From Camelus ferus (lineage: Eukaryota), in contig NC_045696.1 of assembly GCF_009834535.1 (NCBI RefSeq), forward strand, positions 12,712,001 through 12,776,000: DNA of 64,000 nt, written 5' to 3'. The position numbers and the translations under genes are program-made. Below, piece after piece: positions 28,101-40,100 of the stretch (position 1 is the stretch's first letter; each line of letters starts with the position of its first letter). The notes under the pieces are model-generated. The model was given only the letters and a program-made list of their open reading frames with translations, was not told the origin of the DNA and searched no databases.

Positions 28101-31100
28101 CACACAGTCCTTCTGCATCCAAACAGCTGCTGTTACCAAAAGGATTGGGAACTTAGGCTTCCAACACCCTTCATAACTGGTACTGGGCTCTCATCCCAAG
28201 GCAATCCCAAAGCCCCCTCAAGTCCTGACAGAGGACATAACCTTAAAGAATAGGCTTGAGGACCAGAGGCTGCAGCTGCAAGGAAGACATCTCCCAGAGG
28301 ACACTGAGGGTGGCAGCAAGTTCAAGAATCAAAGAGCTATTAATATTTGCTGAGGCAAGTTCTGAGTGTTAAGTATGTGGAGTGGGATTGTAGAGGAAAA
28401 CCTGGGGCCTCTGATTTTCAAAGAAGCGTATGAAAAATACTACAGGCAAGTGAAAAACTCTTCAAGAGAAAGCAAGTCAACATAGTAATTTCAATAAGCT
28501 AAGTATCTAACTGCTATAAACTCTACAACGACTCTGTTTTCATACCTACTTCCTCATCTAAGGGAGAAGGTTTGTGGTTATGATATTAAGACACACCTGC
28601 AACAACATGCAAGGTGAAAAGGTTAAACTTGAGAGTAGTGGAAGGATGGGTCACATATGACAAATTAAAACAACTTCTACAGGTTTTCATTTCTTTCATT
28701 GTCATCTGCCCCTTGAATGTATTTATTGATTTAATAAAACAGGCAAAGTCCAAATATCTCCCCAGAAGAGTAAATCAAGTACTTAGTGTCCACAAAGTAT
28801 TCATTATTAAAAATTGGGTTTAGTTGTGGGGGAGGGCATAGCTTAGTGGTAGGTAGAGCACATGCTTAGCATGCCCATGGTCCTGGGTTCAATCCCCTGT
28901 ACCTCCATTAAAAAAAAAAAAAAAAAAGAATTGGGGTTAATTTAAATCAACCTTCTGATTCAAAGATTACCATCAAGTGGGCTTACTCTTTACAGACACA
29001 AAGCCATTAACTAGCAAAATAGTCATAAAAAAAATGGAAATTGAAAGGGATTCTTACCTGTCAAATAACAGCTGCAAAAGGCCAGAAGTATTACCAAGTC
29101 CACATAAGTTATCATATGTAATATTCATTTTCTGAAGCATTTCACAAAATCCAGTTAGAAAAACAGGTGGATTGTCTAATTCTTCATACCACTGCAACGA
29201 ATAGAGCAGTTCTGCAACTGACAGAGTGGACAACACATTATTGAGTGCACCTGGTGAGCAGACCTTTCAATTGTTTTCACTTCTCTGCCCCATTTTCTAA
29301 CATCGCTGTGCCCACTAATTTCAAAATATCTATGAGCTGATTTTCAACTCTTTGATGTTCAATGACAATGAAAACTGAGAATATCTGATACAAAATACCA
29401 CTCCTCTCCCAAACCCTTACTCAGTTCCTTTTCTGATTAGTTTAGAATGTGACAGGGATCTGCATTATCAGAGATACAGGAAGAACTTCCTACTATTTTT
29501 GCCACAAACAGTAAGAAGTTGCATCCAGGATAAACAACTATGAGATCCAAGACTTGAGAAGTTTAAGACAATGTGTTACGAAATGGGAGCAAGCATGATA
29601 CGGTAAACAACAGGGCACGGGCCTCGATGACAGACTAGTCTGGATTCAAATAAGCTGTACACAGGTCATCAACTAGGACACTACAAATCTACCTCACGGG
29701 ACTATTGGGAGAATCAGGTGACCGAGTATCACTAAACCTGGCCTATCACAGGTTTTTAGTCACAACTCTCCTTTATAAAGCCAGGTATGGATTTTGGAGT
29801 CAGGAGACTTGAAACCTAGCTCAAAATTTAATCCCATCCCTTGCAAGCTTCAGATAAGAAAGTCAGCAATAATACCAGCAATGATAGGGTTAATGAGAAG
29901 ATTAAATGCATAATGCTGTCAGTTTGTAATTAGTAACATAATTAACAAAAATAAATTATTACAAAAATTCCTACTCTGGGGGAAAGGGTGTATAGCTCAG
30001 TGGTAGAGTGCATGCTTAGCATGCACGAGGTCCTGGGTTTAATCCCTAGTATCTCCATTTAAATCAACAAACAAATAAATAAATAAAACTAATTATACCT
30101 CACTCCACCCCCAAAACTTACTAATTTCCAGAGTTTTTTTGGACAGATTCACTCTGTGAGTAAAGTAAACTGCAGGCAAACTTCCTTGACCTCAGCTGCA
30201 CATGGAGCTGGCTCCCTGTAAGGTGTCCCCGTTTTCTTCCACAGGGTGAAGACTCTCCTCCACTAATAACTGTACTCAGCTGAGGGCTCACAATCAAGAC
30301 TGACACAGGAATTGTACAAGTCCTCCACCCTTCCTACCATTCTGTACAGGTCACACTGCTACCTACAATTCTACATCATTTCCTGGAATGGGGGAATTTT
30401 TTTTAATCCTCCTAAAATTCAACTGCTTACCCTCCACCTGCTGGGAAAAAAAAAATTATAGCCCTATAAAAAGGTAGAGTGATTCAAAAATTAATTGAAA
30501 ATTCAGAATCTTTGATGAAACACAAAACTCACTTAACCAATTTCTTTAGGGTCATGTGCCACAGGATCTGCTGAGACTGATGTCATGCCAGCTTGAGTAA
30601 CTGACCTTATACCAAATTCTGCCCCACGGCTAACAAGATTAGAGCAAGGTATTAGTATGCTGCCATCCAATTCACAATTTAACATTCAGCTCTTACATGG
30701 CCTCAAGTTTCTCATCGGTAAAATCAAGAACTGAAGATTCTTGAATCTTTAAAGATTTAAATTGCAGTATAATCAAAATTATTTCAAAATTACACCATGA
30801 TTATTTCAAAATATGTATTTATATGTGTATATCTGAATGCTCATATATACTTACTTATTTCCTCAAGCTCATTATTTTCTAGGACTATTTCCTTTTTCAG
30901 TGCAACTAATATCATTTTGCTCAATAATGCTGAAGTACACAAATGGCTGGGAAGTTTCTTTGTATCTTGTTCTTTAAAATCTGTTTTGAAACACTCATAA
31001 TTCAAACTCAGTCTTCCTTCTAAAAGAGGTCTATGCAACCACTGTAAAAAGAATACATTACATTATATACAAAGTCATTCAACAGACTAAATTATTTACT

Positions 31101-34100
31101 ACCTATGCAATTAAGACAGGGAACAAAAATGAAGTTATTAGAATATTTTCAAAATGTTATCATAATAAAGTTATTGCTAATTTATTAGTAAAACCACAGA
31201 AGTTTGGTTTCCACTAAGAAAATTATCAACATGTGTATTTCTTTAAGACTCCTTCAGGAACAGAACTAGATCTATTCACCTTGTACCACAGCAACTGCTG
31301 AGTGTCAACTGGTTGTCTTGCAAACAGCAAAAATATGACTATTCAGAGACAGAAAGGCTAAGTAAGATACTCATCTCATTTACTTCTTTTTCCTTCCCCA
31401 GAGTATAACAAAAATATTTAAGCTTGCATGAAATTCAAACTTCAGAATAAAGCACTCTGTAATCTCAAACATACCTGCATTGGAAGAGACTGTCTCATCT
31501 TTTCCCATTCACTGTTGTCTGGCATTACACTTCCAATATAAACTCTCAGAAGATAAGTATCTTCACTCTCTAGAAGCACATTTAGCAAATCATCAACAGC
31601 AGACAAGAGGACCTGAAGACTGAAAATAATGTGAAGAACTTAACTGCTGTAGTTATGCTATGACCAATTTGAACACCCTGGTACACATTAAATACTCTAT
31701 GGCAGAGAATAGCTTACCTGAACAAAAAGACAGACATAAAGGTAAATGACCCCTCTGCCCTCCCCCTGTGACATACACACAAGCAAAGAGGGGATTTAAT
31801 CTAATAGTTATCACTTGAAATTGAGTGCTCCTTCTATTTCAGAATGAAAGGGACATGACCTATTTCAGATCAGTTATCTCTGAAATACAGCTACTTTGTT
31901 CCATGAAAAGAACATGATGGTCAAAAAAAGATTTACCCCAGTAGCTCTGGATGCAGTCTCTCGGTTTTCACTTTTATATATGGATTTAGGTATGACATGT
32001 GAAATATGTTTGCAATCAATCCCCTACAACAGTGGCTACTAGACCCCCCCCCCAAAAAAATAAACAATGAAGACCAGTCACTGTCTGTGATGGCCAAGAG
32101 AGGTTATGATTACAATCCACACCAGCCTAAGACAGGGTAGCAGCATTACCACATCACTGACCATAAATTAGGAGTCTGGGTGCAGTCTGCTGAGCAGCTC
32201 GTGTTCAGTGATGGTCCCTTTGCTGCCCTCTCTGAAGACAGCGGGCAGAGTGTGATTCCAGCAGACTGCAAGACCAGGGATGGGCAGGGCCTGGGTCTCC
32301 TCTGGCCAGTGTTACAGCCCTAGCAACTAGCACAATTCCTAACCGAGAACTTGCTCAATAAATACTGGTTGTATGAACAAATATGACTGAAAAAATGCAA
32401 AAAAAAAAAAAAAAAGGAAGAAAAAAAAAATTAGGAGTCCAGCAGATATGCTACAACAAATCATTTTCAATTAACTGAGTATAAATGGATGATAATTAAA
32501 ACAAAATCCTTCTGGAAAAATCTGTTTGGATCTTGTCTTAGAACCCTACAGATTTCTTACATAACAAGTCATTTTTCAAAGGCACTCATGGAATCTTAAG
32601 GATAATGATAAATTATTAAAGAGATATTGTTTAACTAAGCACAAAAAAGGGTACCTTTTGATATCCAAAGATGAAGACTGAACTTGGTTCTTCAGCCACA
32701 GAGCAGACAAACATAGGAAGGTACTCTGTTTATATGTGTCGCCAGTTTGATGGACCAATACATTCACACCAGAAAGCCAAGTATTTTTCAGTTTACAGAT
32801 AAGAAAGTCTAAAACCAAGATGTCAACAGTAATTTGTATCCCTCTGAAGTTACTATAATCAGTACAAAATGAAAGAACTCATTGTAGATCTGAGATTATT
32901 AAGGTAGCATTAAGAAAACATAAAATTACTATTCAGATGCCAAAACAAAATAACTACGTCATAGATACGCAACAATACAAGCTAGCTCATGTCATATAAA
33001 ATGTAAGAATAGTAACATTTTTAAAGTTAGCTTTTTTTCTGCTCTGAACTTATTTATAAGAAAGTTGTCCTTTTGGAAAATTGAAAAATATTATATACCT
33101 TTTCCAAATAGAGAAAGTAGTATTAAAGAAAGGGTTGGGGAGGAGCACTCTCCATCAATAGTAGTTTTTAATATTCCTTTCGTAAATAAGTCTGAATTAA
33201 CCCATAGGACACAAGGAATATAGTCCTCAGAACGGTAATCTCAATTTCATTTTAATATACACCAGGATTAAATGTTTTTAACTATTAGAGGAGATATTAA
33301 TATCCCCTGTATGAATACAGAAACTGAGGCATCAAAAAATTAAGTAACTTGCCAGAGCTACTGCATGAAGCAGCTAAGATTCTAACTCATCTATCCAACT
33401 CATCTGTCCCCTTCCAAAACTGTCTCCTTGAAAACAAGTAAGAATTTTAGATTAAATGTCTACATATATCTGTAGCTTGTTTTCTAAAACTGGAAGTGCT
33501 TAAGATCTGTAGCCCTTTACTCAAAATGCTTTCAACTTTCAAACATATTATGATTCAATTAATAAAGCCTGGGCACTTACACTATGAAGATCAGAGCCGG
33601 AGATTCCCAACAAAACATTTGAGCAGTAGGCTATTACCTGGCAAATGTGTTTTTTCTTTGCTCTGAGCACATAACTGAAAGAGAGTTAATAATAAATCTT
33701 CAGCTGATGGCATTAGCAAGCATCCTTTTGCTGAGCTGAAATAGTTATAGGCCACATCACAGATAAAAGACACTGATGAGTCATTATTTTCAGCTTCTGA
33801 ATATTTCTTTGCTTTGGATAAAGTTTCATGAAGTTTAACAATAATTCTTTCAACATATACTTCTCCAATCAAGTAATCTAAGAGAAAAAAATTCAAACAG
33901 ACAAAATATAAAAAAATATTAACAGTGTATTTTTTAATACTTTACTCTGGGTTAAAATTTCACCTTGGTCTTTCTGTGTGTGTGTGTGTGTGTTTTTAAA
34001 CTGTGTTTATATATTACATGAAATAGAATTGTATCAAAAAATCAATCTGTTCTCTCTTTCGTAAAAACCTTCACATCAAAAAGAAGTTTTAAATTAAGTT

Positions 34101-37100
34101 AAAAAAAAAACAATGCTTGACAAAATAAGAGTGAACAGATAAATTCACTAAAGCTAAAGCAAAATCCTTTAAAATATAAAGCCAAAAGTATTAAATACCT
34201 TCCCAGTCATGCTATTTAAGGTGCTTAGAAAATTAAGTTATCTGAATGAACAAAGTCTTGTTATTCTCAACTAATACTACGCAAACTGAGCAGCAAGGAA
34301 TCCCCCAAAAAGGTGGAAAAATTACTCCCTCCCTACTGAAAAACAAAAGCCATATTTTTACCTACCATTTTGAACATGTTGGGATAATACTAAGCTTAAA
34401 AGAGTCCATTTTTCTGAGAAGTAAGATTCAGAAGATACTGTGGATTCCAAGTCCTTATTACAAAGATGATCTGCCAAGGCTACCAATTTCTCTCCAAGGA
34501 TATCTCCTTTTAGCCAAGGAGTTACTAAAGCATATTTACCTGAACTAGAACATGCCTAAAACCACAAAGTTAAAGCAAAGATTAGAAGCAAGATCAAAAA
34601 GTGTATCTGCCCAAAATAAGACTTGTACCATACTGCCCCCCTTCACCATCACAGCCCCAACATTATCACCCACTCCTCCTCCTCAAGTTTTAAGGAAGCT
34701 GGTATCTTCAGTACTCCCCACGAAGCCTTGCTTTGTAAACGTCCATGCTTTGTTCATGCTATCTTCCCGACCATAAAATATTCCCCCTCTTCTTTATTTA
34801 TCAAAATCACATCCACTACTTGAGAATCAGAAGAAATCCCACCTGCTTTATGAAGTCTCCCTCATCCATGCCAGCCCATACTCATCACTGCTTTTCTCTG
34901 AATTTCTAGAGCACTTACTGGATTGTATTATTATTTATAATGTTTCATCTGTGTTTGCCTTGTTTCCAATGAGATTGTAAGTTCCTTGAGAGCAGAGACT
35001 GTCTTAAACTTCTTTGATACCTGCTATCAACACTGCAGATATGTTCAATGAATAATGAATGGATGAACTTTAAAGACAGATTTTAAAATGCTCTATAAAT
35101 ATTAAATTTTTGTTCATTAATTTTGCTAAAATTAAAGAACAATTAATATACAATAGTGGTAAATTACTTTAATATGAAAAATGGGACTCATTTTTCCCCA
35201 AATTCTCTGAAATAGTTACTGGGGCCAGATATCTGACAGCACCTGGTTTATTTTCATGGGGTGGGAAAGCAAGGAAAAAAACTGTAAATCCACCCCCAAA
35301 AGCATGGTGATCCATGTTCCCAGAGCTTCTTTTGCTTTAAGGGCTGAGAAGAAAGGAATTTGCAACTTGGTTCATTTCAAAGCAATCTGGAAAAAAAAAA
35401 AATCCAAGTGCGGATTGGGTAGTGCCTGAAAAACTATTTACTTCTTTATTTAAAAACTTATAGGTAACCAGAGCTTTTATTTTAGCTTTACCACTATCCT
35501 GGCTTTATGACCTTGGACAAATCTCTTAACCAACCTGGGTCTATTTCCTAGTTTTAAAAAATGAAGATTAACTCAGAAAATCTCTAAGCTCCTTTTCTGG
35601 TTACAAAATTCAGGCTTGTTTTTAAAGAAGCTGACTTTAGGGCTCTGCTCATAAAGTTTGGGGTTGCATAAGAACAAGAAAAACTAGAAGTCAGGTAACC
35701 ATAATACTGGCTGTCCTAAGATAACTTATTCAGTAAAACAAATTATTTTATAGAATCCTACAGACTCCAGAAAATCAACTTCTGAATAAAACATTTCTCA
35801 GGTTAGCAAGACTTCTGAAGTCCAACTTCTCAATGTTTTAACATATCCAAAGAAAGAATCTGAAGCTTTAAGGGGTTGAGGAGGCTAGTTAGTTACGGAT
35901 ATATGGGAGGTAAACACTGGCTGTGAACTTCCAAACACCACGCAGGGAGAGGAGTCTTCCAAACAGATGTATCTGAACTACCTGGCAGATACATTCCTGC
36001 GTTGCAAACGGACACATCAAGCCTCTCTTATCAAATTACTAACTACTCTTGCTCTGATTCTAGACTTATCAAGCAGCTTTCTCATAATTTGGCTTTTCAT
36101 GTACACTGTCTATAAGGAGAAAAGGAACTGGATAAACTAATGCAAATGGTGTGCCTGATAATTTACTATTTTTCAAGAAGAAAATTAATACTCTATTTTT
36201 TAAAATAAACTATTGTGGGAAATGGGGAGTTATTGTTTAATGGGTATAGATTTATAATTTTGAAGGTGAAAAGGTCTGGAGACTGGTTGCACAATAATGT
36301 GTATATATTTAACACTACTGAACTGTACACTTAGAAATGAGTAAGATGGTAAATTTTATGTTATGTGTTTTTTACCATAATTTGAAAAGATGGGAAAAAA
36401 GAAACTTGTAATCTAAAGAGTCATCTATGTAAAATTTTTAAATAATGAAAAAAGGCCTAAAAAAGGAAAAATTTTAGGTAGCTAGTCATAGCAACATGTC
36501 TATGGTTGGAAAAGTATTGCATTATATCATTTACATCCGCATTAGGAAAGACACATAATTCATTTTAAAAATTTTCTAAATTGTTCATGTTCCTTGATTT
36601 CTTTTCATTATTCTCAGTCACTAATTTTCTTATTTAGTCAAACAGCAATTAAACAAAGGCTGGAAGACTTTAAAGTTTACCTGTATAATATTACAGGGTG
36701 AAACAATTTCTTGGTGTGTTCTAGTCAAAGCTAGAACCACTCAATCCATTTATATAGAAGAAAAAATAACCAGGATAAGAGTAGAAACCTATAACCTTAG
36801 TTTAAAAGATAAACTAAGATAAAAGATAAAACATTTAACTCTTCCTTTGTTACCCACTAGAGAAGAAACACTGGATTTTTCCAGAATCTGTTCATTTTTC
36901 CCTGATGTTCCTAACCAGAAATATAATACTATAGAAAAGTCAACACCATAAGTCTTCACAAATTATGAGAAGAAAGTTACAATATTAAGGAAGTTCTCTA
37001 ACATAGAACATCTGACCACATACTAGTACCTGAATATGATTGCGGTTTTAATTTTTCTATACCTATAAATACAAAAAAAAGAAAAATCCCTAAGGTACCT

Positions 37101-40100
37101 TTTCAATGACCTGAAGAATAGAATTCCATTTCAGATCCACCTGAAAGAGGAAAAAGAGAAACAATCTGCTAGAAGAAATGGTAAATTGTAAAACTTTTCA
37201 CAAATAAATGAAGTGACTATGGAACCACTACAAAACTAAAACTTTTTTTGGTAAGTCCAACTTTAAATAAAGTATGAACTGAAAGAACCTACCCTTTTAT
37301 ACCAAGCTTTAGTACTCTTCACACACTTAATGAACAGCTACCAAGAAGTCTCACACACTTTCCAGTCACAATTAAGAATATATTGCTCGTCTCTAAATTG
37401 AATTTCATAGTCAAGAAACAATCCCCAAATAACCCCCCCTCTTCAGGTCTCATTCTATTCATATACAATTAGTGCGAACTGTAAACCATTATAGTTTTAA
37501 AAGATACACAATAGTAATACCTCAGTTAGATCATCCAAGACAGCTTTTCTTTCCATATTACTATCACAGCAATGGAGGGCACTGTACAAAATGTCCACCA
37601 AAAAACCGGCATCCTTCCTTTGATCTTCATTTAACCAACCTATTATTTTCTGGTATAAAAACTGTACTGCGGGGTTTTTTTGTGCAAGTTTGGTTATTTC
37701 AAGAGGTTTGGCTTTGACAATACTCTGTTTTTCATCACCTAGTAGCACTTTAAATACTTGGCTTGAAGAGAAGGAGTTGAGCAGAGTGGAAAGAAACCTT
37801 AGATGTTGCTCTGACTTCTGTTCATTGACATAATTAATACTCATCTCTGCTAGTTTACACACTAAATCTTCCAAAGGTTTTTTCCTTAGCGGAGATAGAA
37901 GGTCTGAACAATTGTGAGTGAGAGAAGGTTCAGCCAATATTTCAGAGCCTTCGCCGTTCTCTCCTTCTGAGGAGACACATTTTTCATTCTCTTTGTTACT
38001 CCCAGGCATCTCATCAGCAAATCTAACCTTACCAACTTTTTTACTTGACTTCAAAGAGCTCTTTGGCTTTTGAAGGACCTGTAATAGGTTAGAAACACTC
38101 AAAACAGACTTAACATCAGCTTCTGGCTCATTGATTTTCTCAACACAGATCTCTGAAAGTCTTTCCCAGAAATTCAGTAGCACTTTCTCCAAGCTGTGAG
38201 CCATTTTATCATCTTTTTGCAAATCTGCTTTGGATTCCCATGAACTTAAAGTTTCTGCCAAATGATTAAATAGCTGCCCATCTTGCAGTCTGGGGTCTTT
38301 GAGGACTGCATCAATAAAAGGAATCAACTGAAAGAGAATGTAAAAATACAAAAGTTCAGTTTTCAAGAAAAATATGATTTTAACAAGGTATTTTTAAAAC
38401 ATTATGAATTTTCATATTTAGTAACTGAAAAATGTGAATTTTTTACCCAGAACTCTGAAAACAGTTAACTTGAACTTGAAGATCTTTTTCATATTATACA
38501 AAGAGCCTAATGATTTCACTGCATCCTCCCTGAATTACTTCTTTAATGATATAATCGACCAAGATTATTGGTTATTAACAAATAATAGTTTTCTTTGCAC
38601 TTTCTGAACTTACTCAAGTTCTTTGCTTTTTTCTAAGCCAAAATAAAAGACATATAAGACACACAGAGTTCAGAATGCTTTCTCTTAAATTCCAAACAAG
38701 AGAAATTAACTACCTGAGACATCATCTAGGATCTGGCCTTATATAATCACATTAATCAATTTTCTACCATAAGGAACTGTATTTGAGAATCTGCTCTTAT
38801 CACTGGTTCAAAAAGCCAAGCATGGTTGTTCACAAAAGGATAAATGTATTTGAGTATTTTAGAAGGAACAAGATGATAATTACATACTTTAAACTAAAAT
38901 ACAAAAGATTGAAAATTGCACCTTCTAAGTTTTGTTTTGCATTATTGCAACTTTCTAAAACAGGATTTGTACATCCAGAGACTGACTAGTACTCAGGCGT
39001 TATGCTATATGCTAGCAACTGACAGCATAAAAATTTTTATTTATTTGGTCAGAAATACACGTTATTACTTAATTTATAAATGATAAAAATAAAACCTTTG
39101 CAAGGAAGGCTAATTAATACAAATGGCAGCAAGACAAAACGAGCTTGATTCTTTACAGTTAGTGTGCAAAGGCACTGATGATTTTTACGTTACAAATACC
39201 TGATCATTGATGAGCATCTCTTCCATCTCTTCCTCACCTAGGTTTTGCTGCATTATAAAACGTAAGCATTCAAAAAAAGCAGATATTACTGCTGAGCACT
39301 CGGAAAAGCTGGTTTTGGTTCTTTCTGTTGACAGCCTAAGAAATAATAACTGTGGCTTATTCTTTCATGAAAAAGAAAATAAACAATTCAGAAACACCAA
39401 AATAAAGGCATGGAAAAGGTATCATGCAAAAAGAAGGGGATTTTTTAAAAATAAAATTATTAAACTAAAAACTACAACAACAAAAATACAGCCCAATTAG
39501 AATATAAACTTGAAGAACTGTGAAAAAAAGCCTATCTTCAAAAAGGTATCAACAAGAGATAACATATTTATTTTCTATTCATGAACTAATCCACCTGCAA
39601 ATTTCAAGAAAGGACTTAACCAAAAAAAGAAAATAGTGCAGTGAAAAAAAAAACTTTTAATCATTAATAAAACTGGGTATCTTTTATTTATTAAGTTCAA
39701 CAAATACACTAAACATTTTAAGTGTAACTTTAAACAGCTATTATATTTAAGTCTATGAAAGTTTTAGAAACTTCACTGGTTCATTGTCTCATTTGGGTAT
39801 TTGTATTTATCAACGTACAAAAAAATGGCTCATCTGAAAAAGATCCAGGGAGGGCGGGTATAGCTCAGTGGTAGAGCACATGCTTAGCATGCATGAGGTC
39901 CTGGGTTCAATTCCCAGTACCTCCACTAAAAAAAAAAAAAAAAAAAAAAAATTGTTTGAAAAAGATCCTATTTCCACCAAAGGGCCTTACCATAATTTAT
40001 CTCACTTTCTGCTGCATACTACCACTGAAGACTTGAAAGTACCCAAGAAAAGAATTCCAACTGTAATTCTCTGAAAACTTTAAAAGTGTTTAATGAACAG

